A stretch of DNA of 62,397 nucleotides from Candidatus Delongbacteria bacterium (GTDB taxonomy: Bacteria; UBA4055): the NCBI GenBank assembly GCA_016937995.1, contig JAFGVM010000098.1:1-62397 (forward strand). The letters are read 5' to 3'. Made by a program: the position numbers and the translations under genes. Below the pieces are notes generated by a model. It saw nothing but the letters and a program-made list of their open reading frames with translations, was not told the origin of the DNA and ran no database searches. This document shows positions 10,672-19,882 of the stretch, piece by piece; the first letter of the stretch is position 1, and each line of letters begins with the position of its first letter.

Positions 10672-11094
10672 TTACTTGTATTCAACTTTAAGTTTTTTTG
10701 TTTTAAAGTGATACGATACTTCTATTCCGTACTTATTTTTACCGATCTTTTCCCTTGCAATTATGTTTGGATATCCTTCAAGTTCAAAAATTCTCATTAT
10801 GAATTCATCCGATAAATTTCTGGGTGCCAGTCCAAGTGCTTCAAGTTCCTCGTTAGTTGTTAAATTTCCAGGATCATTTGGATCTTCTCCGGGAAGATCC
10901 GTAACCCAGTATCCATTTATATCATAATGAGCCTGAACAAGCTGGGCATTGACCATCACTGCATTTTCTAAAACTGATATCACTGACCGTTTTATAAAAT
11001 AGCGATAACTTAAAATACCGACAGAAGCCAGTACTGCTAAAATAACACTGGCAACTATCAGTTCAACTAAATTAAACCCTTTTATTTTTCTCAC
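10672..11094 (-). CDS. Type IV prepilin-like protein
   Basis: GTG start; class III signal KIKG|FNLVELIV followed by a hydrophobic helix. Confidence 0.8.
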   Translation of the reverse strand: MRKIKGFNLVELIVASVILAVLASVGILSYRYFIKRSVISVLENAVMVNAQLVQAHYDINGYWVTDLPGEDPNDPGNLTTNEELEALGLAPRNLSDEFIMRIFELEGYPNIIAREKIGKNKYGIEVSYHFKTKKLKVEYK

Positions 11095-11098
11095 TTTT

Positions 11099-13141
11099 CT
11101 AGCTGATACCTAATCTTTTAAGAAGTGATTTATCACTGACAGGTCTTCCTCTGAATCTTTCGAATAATACGTTCATGTCTTCACTGTCCCCCTTTTCGAG
11201 AATATTTTCCATGAATTTCTTTCCGCTCTCTCTATCAAGGATCGTATCCTGCTCTTCGAATAATGAAAATGCGTCGGCATCCAGTATGTTTGCCCACATA
11301 TAGCTGTAATAACCTGCTGCATATCCGCCAGCGAAGATATGGCTGAAACCTGCTTCAAAATAAGAGTCTTCTATGAACGGAGTGTTATTATATTTTATCG
11401 ACATTTCTTTTGATATTTCATGTGCTGAAGGCATTTCATCTTTCATGCTAGCAGTGTGGTGCAATGTCATATCGAACATACCGAATGTGATCTGTCTTCT
11501 AGCATTTGTAGCTCTCATAAAATCATTGGCTTTTAAAAGTCTGTCCATCAATTCGTTAGGCATTGTTTCACCGGTTCTATAGTGCTTAGCGATTAATTTC
11601 AAACCTTCTTTATTGGTTACAAAATTTTCATGGAATGAAGATGGTAGCTCTACAACATCCCATTTAACATGAGTTCCTGAAGTTGCAGATAATTGAGTTT
11701 TTGAAAGTGCACCGTGAAGCGCATGTCCGAACTCATGGAATAAAGTAGTAACTTCATCGTATCTTAGAAGTCCTGGTTTATCACCGACAGGAGGAGTAAA
11801 GTTACAGTGAACACCAACTTGAGGTATAGTTTTTTTACCGTTGTAATTTTTACCTGAGACCATACCGCTCATCCAGGCACCTGGTCTTTTCAATCCGGTC
11901 CTAGGATAAAGATCTATATAAACATAAGCTCTCAGCTCGTTGTTCTCATCTATCAATTTATAGGTTGTTACATCTTTATGCCATACGGGGATATCGTTCA
12001 CTTTTTCAAAACTTATACCGTAAAGTTTATTTGCAATGTTGTAGAAAGCTTCAAGAGTATCATCTGCCGCAAAATACTCACTAACTTCATTTTCATTGAA
12101 AGAATATTTTTTCTCTTTCAGTTTATTTGACCAGTAACTAAGCTCCCAGGGCATCAATGTATCGAATTTTTCGCCTAAAGTTTCCTCTTTAAGTGCTTTT
12201 ATCTCATTAAACTCTTCAAGTGCTACTTCTTCGGTCTTAATGGCTATGTTATCTAGAAAGTTCATCACGATTTCAGGTGATTCTGCCATTTTTCTCTCAA
12301 GTGAAAGAACGGCATAAGTATCAAAACCAAGTACTTGTGCTTTTTCTTTCCTTAACTGAAGTATTTCTGTGATCAAAGGTCTGTTATCAAGATCTCCCTC
12401 AATAGCTCTTGAGTAATAAGCACGCCATAATTTTTCTTTCAATTCCAGGCTGTCCGCAAACTTCATGAACGGCAAGAATGATGGCATATCAAGATTAAAT
12501 ACCCATGTGTTCTCGTCACCTTCATCTATCTTTAGCGCTTTCGCTTTTTCTTTTGCTCCGGTAATTGCATCTTCAGGTAATCCTGCCAGGTCTTTTTCGT
12601 CTTTGATCACAAGATTAAAAGTTGAATTTACGACATTGTTAGAGAACTGAAGAGAAAGTTTATTCAATTTTAAATTAATTTCTTTAAGTTTAGCCTTGTA
12701 TGCATCATTCAGTTCAGCACCTGAAAGAATAAAACCTTTCATAGTATTATCAAGATGTCTTTTCTTCTCACCGGTTAAAGCTTTAGCCTCATCTGTCAAA
12801 GCATAATCCTTGAACATTTTATAATTTTCAGGGTCCATTGACATTTCATTACTGTACTCTGTAAGCATCTGCATTGCTTTCTGGAATTCTGCATTTATCT
12901 CTGGTGATGTCATAGTGCTGTATAACTGAGACATAGGAGAAATCACCTTGCTCATTTTCTCATCAGTTTCCATAGCAGGTATCATTGTATTATCAAAAGT
13001 CCTTTCACCTTGAAGTGCTATAAGTTCTTTCGTCTCCTGTCTCGCAATTTTTATGATCTCTTCTGTTGCAGGAACGAAATGTTCCGCTTTAATTTGATCA
13101 TAGTGAGCAAATTGTTCGTTGCTTAGTAATGGGTTACCCAT
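11099..13141 (-). CDS. prlC: M3 family oligopeptidase A
   Basis: FHEFGHALH zinc motif, VELPS, FSHIFAGGYAAGYYSYMWA. Confidence 0.92.
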   Translation of the reverse strand: MGNPLLSNEQFAHYDQIKAEHFVPATEEIIKIARQETKELIALQGERTFDNTMIPAMETDEKMSKVISPMSQLYSTMTSPEINAEFQKAMQMLTEYSNEMSMDPENYKMFKDYALTDEAKALTGEKKRHLDNTMKGFILSGAELNDAYKAKLKEINLKLNKLSLQFSNNVVNSTFNLVIKDEKDLAGLPEDAITGAKEKAKALKIDEGDENTWVFNLDMPSFLPFMKFADSLELKEKLWRAYYSRAIEGDLDNRPLITEILQLRKEKAQVLGFDTYAVLSLERKMAESPEIVMNFLDNIAIKTEEVALEEFNEIKALKEETLGEKFDTLMPWELSYWSNKLKEKKYSFNENEVSEYFAADDTLEAFYNIANKLYGISFEKVNDIPVWHKDVTTYKLIDENNELRAYVYIDLYPRTGLKRPGAWMSGMVSGKNYNGKKTIPQVGVHCNFTPPVGDKPGLLRYDEVTTLFHEFGHALHGALSKTQLSATSGTHVKWDVVELPSSFHENFVTNKEGLKLIAKHYRTGETMPNELMDRLLKANDFMRATNARRQITFGMFDMTLHHTASMKDEMPSAHEISKEMSIKYNNTPFIEDSYFEAGFSHIFAGGYAAGYYSYMWANILDADAFSLFEEQDTILDRESGKKFMENILEKGDSEDMNVLFERFRGRPVSDKSLLKRLGIS

Positions 13142-13363
13142 TATATACCTCCGTTTATATCAATTAACATAACATTAGTTATTAGGGTTTATAATATAAA
13201 TGGGTTTACGAATAAAAGCAATGCTATAAATCTTACTGAGTATGGCAACCCTTTTTAGCAAAACAAAATCATTTTTTAAGTTGCTTATTCACTCAAATTG
13301 CGTTATATTCGCAACTCTTGTATAATATATGTATAAGAGCAGGCACAATAAAACGGAAAAATC

Positions 13364-14713
13364 ATGTTCGATGAACTGAGCGGTAAGCTCGAGAACATAT
13401 TTAAAAAGCTGAAAGGACAGCACCGACTCTCGGAAGATAACATAAAAGAATCTTTGAGAGAGGTACGTATTGCATTACTTGAAGCAGATGTTAATTATGT
13501 TGTGGTAAAAGACTTCATCCGCAGGGTCAAAGACAAAGTTGTCGGTGAAAAGGTCTATGACAAGATAACTCCGGGACAGCAGATCATTAAATTTATTCAT
13601 GATGAACTTGTTACAGTTCTAGGTGGTGAAGTATCAGAAGTTAAATTCACCGGAAATCCAACTATCATAATGCTTGTAGGTCTTCAGGGATCAGGTAAAA
13701 CGACCCATTGTGCTAAAATCGCGACTTTTCTGAGAAAAAGATATAAAAAATCACCTTTGATGGTAGCTGCCGATGTATATAGACCCGCTGCAATCGATCA
13801 GTTAAAAACTCTTGGAAAACAACTTGGTATACCTGTTTACAGTGAAGATTCTAAGAACGTAAGTATTATCGCTCAGAATGCTTTGAACTTTGCAAAAGAG
13901 AATAAAAACAACGTTATACTTCTTGATACAGCCGGAAGATTGCACATAGATGAGCAGATGATGCAGGAGTTAATTGATCTTAAGAACACGGTAAATCCAA
14001 CTGAGATTCTTTTCGTTGCTGACAGTATGATCGGACAGGACGCAGTGACAACTGCAAAAGAATTTAATGATCAGTTGAACTTTGACGGAGTTATCCTAAC
14101 AAAGATGGATGGAGACTCCAGAGGCGGTGCAGCTTTATCTATCAGAGAAATAACCGGCAAACCTATAAAATTTGTAGGTGTCGGTGAAAAACTTGATGAA
14201 CTTGAAATGTTCCATCCTGACAGGCTTGCTCAGAGGATCCTTGGAATGGGTGATGTTCTCACTCTGGTTGAAAGGGCTCAGGAGAACATGGATGAGAAAG
14301 AAGCTGAGAGACTTGCAAAGAAACTTCAAAAAGAAGATTTCACTTTCGAGGATTTTTTATCTCAGATCAAGCAGATCAAGAGAATGGGTTCAATAAAATC
14401 CATGCTTAAAATGATGCCGGGAATAGGCAGTAAATTAGATCAAATTGACATAGATGAAAAAGCTTTCACAAAGATCGAGGCTATCATATACTCGATGACA
14501 AAGAAAGAACGGAACAGACCTTCTTTGCTTAACGGGTCAAGAAAACTAAGAATAGCTAAAGGCTGTGGTAGAAGTGTTCAGGAGATCAATCAGCTCATGA
14601 CCCAGTTTCAGCAGATGAACGGGATGATGAGACATATAAGAAAAATAGGATTTGATAAATTGGCGAAAGGAATGTTCGGTAAAGGAATGCCGCAAAACAG
14701 ACCTTTCAAATAG
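13364..14713 (+). CDS. ffh: Signal recognition particle protein
   Basis: ALLEADV, GLQGSGKTT, DTAGR, TKMDGDSRGG, M domain. Confidence 0.97.
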   Translation: MFDELSGKLENIFKKLKGQHRLSEDNIKESLREVRIALLEADVNYVVVKDFIRRVKDKVVGEKVYDKITPGQQIIKFIHDELVTVLGGEVSEVKFTGNPTIIMLVGLQGSGKTTHCAKIATFLRKRYKKSPLMVAADVYRPAAIDQLKTLGKQLGIPVYSEDSKNVSIIAQNALNFAKENKNNVILLDTAGRLHIDEQMMQELIDLKNTVNPTEILFVADSMIGQDAVTTAKEFNDQLNFDGVILTKMDGDSRGGAALSIREITGKPIKFVGVGEKLDELEMFHPDRLAQRILGMGDVLTLVERAQENMDEKEAERLAKKLQKEDFTFEDFLSQIKQIKRMGSIKSMLKMMPGIGSKLDQIDIDEKAFTKIEAIIYSMTKKERNRPSLLNGSRKLRIAKGCGRSVQEINQLMTQFQQMNGMMRHIRKIGFDKLAKGMFGKGMPQNRPFK

Positions 14714-14813
14714 AGAAGGGGATAGAGGTCTATCCCGAATAAACTTGTAATGAGTATTTCGGACTGGTTCCCGAGATATTTAAATTACAAAAATTAACTA
14801 ACCGGAGGTAAAA

Positions 14814-15473
14814 TTGGTTAAACTGAGACTCACAAGACTTGGTAGAAAGAAAAGACCTTTCTACAGAATAGTCGCAATCGATTCCAGAAAGAGAAGAGAT
14901 GGTGCTTTTTTAGAAAGACTTGGATATTATGATCCGATCGCAACTGGAGAGGCAAAAAGACTGGTTATTGATACCGAAAATATCATGAAATGGCTTTTGA
15001 TCGGAGCTCAACCGTCTGAAACTGTAAAGAACATTCTGAGCAAAGAAGGTATAATGCTTAAGTATGACATGGTCAAAAGACACAAAACAGAAAAAGTTGA
15101 AAAAACTGGGTTGAACGGTAAAAAAACTGTGAAGTATGTTGCTGTAAAAGACGAGAACGGCAACCCTATCAGAAAATTCACTGATGCTGAGGTTGAAGAA
15201 GCTTATAACAACTGGTTGCTAGAGAAAGAAAAAAGAGAAAAAGCAGCTAAGAAAGTTACAAAATTATCTAAAAAAGCAAAAGCTAAGATAGAAGCTGAAA
15301 AAACTGCAGGCGAAGAAGCTAAAAAAGCAAAAGTCGAAGCTGATAAAGCTGCTGCTGAAGAGGCAAAAAAAGCGGAAGCGGAAGCTAAACAGTCAGCAGA
15401 AGCAAAAAAGGAAGTTGTAGAAGAAACAGTTGTGGAAGAAGAAAAAACTGAAGAAACTCCAGCTGCTGAATAA
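14814..15473 (+). CDS. rpsP: 30S ribosomal protein S16 with long C-terminal extension
   Basis: TTG start after GGAGGT; VKLRLTRLGRKKRPFYRIV...GAQPSETV; Lys/Ala/Glu-rich tail. Confidence 0.95.
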   Translation: MVKLRLTRLGRKKRPFYRIVAIDSRKRRDGAFLERLGYYDPIATGEAKRLVIDTENIMKWLLIGAQPSETVKNILSKEGIMLKYDMVKRHKTEKVEKTGLNGKKTVKYVAVKDENGNPIRKFTDAEVEEAYNNWLLEKEKREKAAKKVTKLSKKAKAKIEAEKTAGEEAKKAKVEADKAAAEEAKKAEAEAKQSAEAKKEVVEETVVEEEKTEETPAAE

Positions 15474-16000
15474 TGCTGAATCCCGATGACTATATATTTA
15501 TTGGGATCATTGGAAAGACAACTAAGATAGACGGCTCATTGACAATAGTACCATTAACAACTTTTCCCGACAGGTTCATGGGTATGGATGAATTCTTCCT
15601 GACCAAAGAGAATGATTCTCCGATGACATTAAAAGTACAAAATGTCGTTGTAGGCAGTAAGAAGATAACCGTAAAACTTGAAGGTGTGGATTCTATAGAA
15701 AAAGCTAATGAAATGATGGGATACAGGATCACTATTCATAAGGATGAAAAAGCTGATCTTCCTAAAGATTATTATTACCACGATGATCTCAAGGAGTGTA
15801 CCGTATTTTCAAGCATGGGGGAAGAACTGGGCAAACTGGTCAATATACTGGAAATGTCTTCAAATGATATTTATGTAGTTGATTATAAAGGGAAAGAACT
15901 CCTTGTGCCTGCAATATCGCAGTTCGTCAAGGAGATTGACATAGAAAAAAGAAAGATCACAGTGTCTTTAATAAATGGAATGCTGCCGGATGAAGATTGA
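15473..16000 (+). CDS. rimM: Ribosome maturation factor RimM
   Basis: Conserved position between rpsP and trmD; YYYHDDL, LGKL..I...SNDIYVV...LLVPAI; ends in a TGA stop. Confidence 0.9.
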   Translation: MLNPDDYIFIGIIGKTTKIDGSLTIVPLTTFPDRFMGMDEFFLTKENDSPMTLKVQNVVVGSKKITVKLEGVDSIEKANEMMGYRITIHKDEKADLPKDYYYHDDLKECTVFSSMGEELGKLVNILEMSSNDIYVVDYKGKELLVPAISQFVKEIDIEKRKITVSLINGMLPDED

Positions 16001-16670
16001 TATCATTTCAGCTCATCCCGATATGTTCGAAGGTTTTCTTGACCATTCGATCCTGAAGATCGGAAAGGAAAAAGGTCTGATCGAAATAACGGTTCACGAC
16101 CTCAGAAAATGGACAGAGGATAAGCATCATACTGTGGATGACACACCTTATGGTGGAGGTCCCGGAATGATAATGAAGATAGAACCATTTCATCAGGCCA
16201 TAACAGAGCTCAGACAAGAGGATTCATTTGTAATATTGACCACTCCTGCCGGTGAAATATACGATCAGGAAAAAGCTCATAAATTCCTGGATTACAGACA
16301 TTTGATCATAATATGTGGACATTACAAAGGTATAGATGCAAGAATAGATAACTTTATCGACATGAAGTTATCAGTGGGAGATTACATCCTTACAGGAGGT
16401 GAACTTCCTGCAGCAATTATCGTTGATTCCGTCTGCAGATTGATACCGGGTGTTATTTCCGATCTTGATTCGGCTTTGTCCGATTCATTTGAGAACGGAT
16501 TGTTAGATTGCTCCTATTACACCAGACCGTATGATTTTATGGGATTAAAAGTCCCTGAAGTACTTACTTCTGGAAACCATAAGAAGATCGATGAGTGGAG
16601 ATATAACGATTCAATTGAAATAACTGAAAAGTATAGACCGGAATTGTTGAAAAAATTAAATAAAAAATAA
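15990..16670 (+). CDS. trmD: tRNA (guanine-N1)-methyltransferase
   Basis: MKIDII start overlapping the rimM end; VDDTPYGGGPGM, CGHYKGID, SVGDYILTGGE. Confidence 0.95.
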   Translation: MKIDIISAHPDMFEGFLDHSILKIGKEKGLIEITVHDLRKWTEDKHHTVDDTPYGGGPGMIMKIEPFHQAITELRQEDSFVILTTPAGEIYDQEKAHKFLDYRHLIIICGHYKGIDARIDNFIDMKLSVGDYILTGGELPAAIIVDSVCRLIPGVISDLDSALSDSFENGLLDCSYYTRPYDFMGLKVPEVLTSGNHKKIDEWRYNDSIEITEKYRPELLKKLNKK

Positions 16671-16684
16671 AAAGAGGTATTATA

Positions 16685-17035
16685 ATGGATTTCATTAATA
16701 CTCTAAACCTAAACCAGATCCGTAAGGACATACCGGAATTTCACTCAGGTGATACTCTGGATGTTCATATGAAGATCGTAGAGGGTAACAAAGAAAGAGT
16801 TCAGATTTTTACCGGAACTGTTATCCAGGTTAGAGGAACAGGAGTTGGTAAGACCTTCACCATTAGAAAAATTTCTAATGGTATTGGTGTTGAAAGAATT
16901 ATCCCGCTCAACTCTCCGCAGATCGATAAGATCGTTAGAGTAAAAGAAGGTAAAGTAAGAAGATCTAGAATTTTCTACTTCCGTCAGAGAAGAGGTAAAT
17001 CTGCAAGAATTAAAGAAGTACGTAGAGGTAAATAG
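16685..17035 (+). CDS. rplS: 50S ribosomal protein L19
   Basis: PEFHSGDT, EGNKERVQIF, TFTIRKIS.GIGVERI, GKVRRSRIFY. Confidence 0.97.
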   Translation: MDFINTLNLNQIRKDIPEFHSGDTLDVHMKIVEGNKERVQIFTGTVIQVRGTGVGKTFTIRKISNGIGVERIIPLNSPQIDKIVRVKEGKVRRSRIFYFRQRRGKSARIKEVRRGK

Positions 17036-17053
17036 CTTTATCTTGATCAAAGT

Positions 17054-17083
17054 AAAAAGGCGAGAATTATCTCGCCTTTTTTT
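17054..17083. terminator. Bidirectional terminator between rplS and smpB
   Basis: AAAAAGGCGAGA-loop-TCTCGCCTTTTTTT. Confidence 0.85.
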
Positions 17084-17561
17084 ATTTATTAAAAGATTTC
17101 ATCACCCTGTCCAGTTCGATCTTATTCTCCCTGTCCTTGATAGTCTGTCTTTTCTCGTATTCCCTTTTACCCTTACATAAACCGATCTCTATCTTGATCA
17201 AATGTTTCTTCTTATAAACTTTTAATGGAATAACCGTAAGACCTGTATTCTGTAACTTAACACCTAATTTTATAAGTTCTCTTTTATGCATAAGAAGCTT
17301 TCTATTTCTTGTGATATCATGCTGATAAATACTTGCATTCTTAAATTCAGAAATATGCATTCCGATAACGTAAAGCTCGTTGTCAATAAACTTACAATAA
17401 CTTTCTTTTAACGATATACGACCCTGCTTTATGGACTTAACCTCACTCCCGGCAAGAACCATTCCTGCCTCATGAGTTTCCAGTATTTCATAATCATGAA
17501 AAGCCTTTTTGTTTCTTGCTAAAGTATTATCAGGTATTTTAGTTTTTTTATTCTTAGCCAT
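17082..17561 (-). CDS. smpB: SsrA-binding protein
   Basis: NKKAFHDY, EAGMVLAGSEVKS, RKLLMHKRE, GKREYEKR. Confidence 0.95.
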   Translation of the reverse strand: MAKNKKTKIPDNTLARNKKAFHDYEILETHEAGMVLAGSEVKSIKQGRISLKESYCKFIDNELYVIGMHISEFKNASIYQHDITRNRKLLMHKRELIKLGVKLQNTGLTVIPLKVYKKKHLIKIEIGLCKGKREYEKRQTIKDRENKIELDRVMKSFNK

Positions 17562-17631
17562 TTTATAACTTCAGTTTTATAAAAAAACGCATCATATAGA
17601 TGCGTTTTCTAGTTCAGCATTACTATACAGA

Positions 17632-18582
17632 TTATTTTTCAATCCCTGAGAAATTTCCTATGGTCAATTCAATAATAGGATTAGTTTTACTATTATCGAA
17701 TTTAATGCTCATCGGATATTCACTTCTTTCAAAAACACCGTATTTCTTTAGAATGTATTTGTTAATGTTCTCAACATCCTCTACAGAGTAAAATATCTCT
17801 CCAAGCAATTCAAGAAGAAGCACATTAGCCTGTTCAATAGAAAATCCATCCCTGTTATGAACAGCATGAATAGCCGAAACCTGACCTTCTACCATTGTAA
17901 CATATATTGAGATATCTTTACCGGAAAACTTAAGAGTATTCTTTGCATTCTGAGTGTAAATAGCATCCTCTGTATAAATACCTTTAAAGTAAGCAATCAG
18001 TTCATTGTAATTCATCTTCATAACGATCTTAGCATCATCTCTTGCTAAAGTAAGCGCTTGGTTATATTCTTTCTCTTTCTGTATCTCAAGTAACTTTCTT
18101 TCTCTTTCATCTTCTCTCATACGTTTCTTTTCGGCGATCTCTTTACGTCTTAAGATCTCCATTTCTGTTAGCTCATAAGGTTCACTATAGTAATCTACGG
18201 AAAATAAGAACTTATTTTTTGTATAACCTTCAATATACCCCCTTTCCTTATTATAAACTCTTATTCTAGTAAGCTCAAGACCAAGTTTGCCATCAACTAT
18301 CTCAACAAATTCACGGGAATAAATATAAGTTACAGGATCGGCAAATTTACTTTGATCTTTGTAAACCGGAGCTTTTCTATTCTTTATCCAGCGAAATTTA
18401 GCATAATGAGGTTCTACTTTCTCTGAATAAAACTCTTTCCCGTTCTCATCAACCATATATTCTTCATGAGTAATGTCCTTTTCAGCCATTTCTCTTCCCT
18501 CTTTTCTGATCAATTCTCTACGGTTCGAAACACAACCGAAAAGTATCAATGCAACAAAAGTAATTAACAGAAGATTCTTCAT
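17632..18582 (-). CDS. Hypothetical lipoprotein
   Basis: Lipobox LFGC after a hydrophobic stretch; central charged coiled coil. Confidence 0.75.
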   Translation of the reverse strand: MKNLLLITFVALILFGCVSNRRELIRKEGREMAEKDITHEEYMVDENGKEFYSEKVEPHYAKFRWIKNRKAPVYKDQSKFADPVTYIYSREFVEIVDGKLGLELTRIRVYNKERGYIEGYTKNKFLFSVDYYSEPYELTEMEILRRKEIAEKKRMREDERERKLLEIQKEKEYNQALTLARDDAKIVMKMNYNELIAYFKGIYTEDAIYTQNAKNTLKFSGKDISIYVTMVEGQVSAIHAVHNRDGFSIEQANVLLLELLGEIFYSVEDVENINKYILKKYGVFERSEYPMSIKFDNSKTNPIIELTIGNFSGIEK

Positions 18583-18708
18583 AATATCCCCTTAAAGTTT
18601 AAGGTATGTAGTTAGTTAAAGTTCAATCTATAATAATATAACTAAGATCGTAAAAAAATCAATGATATTATTTTTATATTAAAAACCCGATCACCCGTCT
18701 TAATCAAA

Positions 18709-19773
18709 CTATTTTTTTGTTCTTTTAGCTATTTCATCAAGCCAGTATTTAACAGCATTCTTAGTTTGAAAATCTTCCTGAGCTATCAATAACATTTTTT
18801 TTGCTTGTGAGTACTGCTTCATTTTTATCAGGGCAATACCTTTTTCCAGATGTGCTAAACTATATTTTTTATCTTTATTGTTGCTTATTGCCATGTCTGC
18901 ATAAGTCAGAGCACTTGTTGCTTTACCCTGAATGTTGTATATTTGAGCCAGTCTGATACAAATTTCATAATATTTAGTATATCCTTTTTTACCTAACTTG
19001 ACACCCTGAAGTAATATTGATGCTGCTTCTTCCAAAAGATTATCTTTTTCGACTTTATTTGTAGTTTTTCCTGATAATTCAACTATTGTAGCACCGAGAG
19101 CATTGAATATCTTGTGATCTTTAGGATCTAACTTCATTGCTTTTTTGTAGTATGTGATAGCGGTTTTAGGATCATCTTTTTTTGTAACATAGATCCCTGC
19201 AATCAAATAATAAGCCTTATCAGGTTTGTAGTAATTGGCCATTTCTTTATAATATTTGATGGCTATATCGGGTTTTGAATGTAAAACTTTTTTTCCCGCA
19301 GCATGATAAAGCTTTCCTTTTGTGTCTTTATCTTTAATTTTTTCAACTTCTTTTTCAAAATTTGAAAATTGACCCAGTTCAATATATACTAAACATATCT
19401 GATTGAAAGCATCTTCAAAATCTTTTTCCACTTCCAATGCTTTTTTAAACTGCTCCAGAGCCTCTTCGTATTTTTTCTCTTTTTTCAGATTTATACCTTT
19501 ATTATAGAAAGCTTTATGCACATTTTTTGATTCTTCATCACATTGCTTAAGATCTCCTTTCAATTTCTGTGCTTCTTCCCACTTCTTATTATATTCAGGT
19601 AAAAGTTCCTCATATCTCTTTTTCGAAGTTTCATCATTTTTCATCTCAGTCTCAATTTCTTTCCATTCTTCGATCTTTTTGTCATATGCTTTTTTAATAT
19701 CTGCACAAGGATCAGATTCTGCGTATAGGGAAAAAATTGAAAGTATAAAAAATATTACGATAAATGATCGCAT
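18709..19773 (-). CDS. Exported tetratricopeptide-repeat protein
   Basis: Signal peptide MRSFIVIFFILSIFSLYA after a GGAG SD; N-terminal coiled coil then several TPR-like repeats. Confidence 0.8.
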   Translation of the reverse strand: MRSFIVIFFILSIFSLYAESDPCADIKKAYDKKIEEWKEIETEMKNDETSKKRYEELLPEYNKKWEEAQKLKGDLKQCDEESKNVHKAFYNKGINLKKEKKYEEALEQFKKALEVEKDFEDAFNQICLVYIELGQFSNFEKEVEKIKDKDTKGKLYHAAGKKVLHSKPDIAIKYYKEMANYYKPDKAYYLIAGIYVTKKDDPKTAITYYKKAMKLDPKDHKIFNALGATIVELSGKTTNKVEKDNLLEEAASILLQGVKLGKKGYTKYYEICIRLAQIYNIQGKATSALTYADMAISNNKDKKYSLAHLEKGIALIKMKQYSQAKKMLLIAQEDFQTKNAVKYWLDEIAKRTKK

Positions 19774-19882
19774 GTGTATCTCCATTTTTCATTCATTTTC
19801 AAATGAGTAAGAAAAAAACCGAAAAATATATTTTTTAGCAAGTAAAATATTTAATATTTTTCTTTCGCTAAATTTAGTTCTC

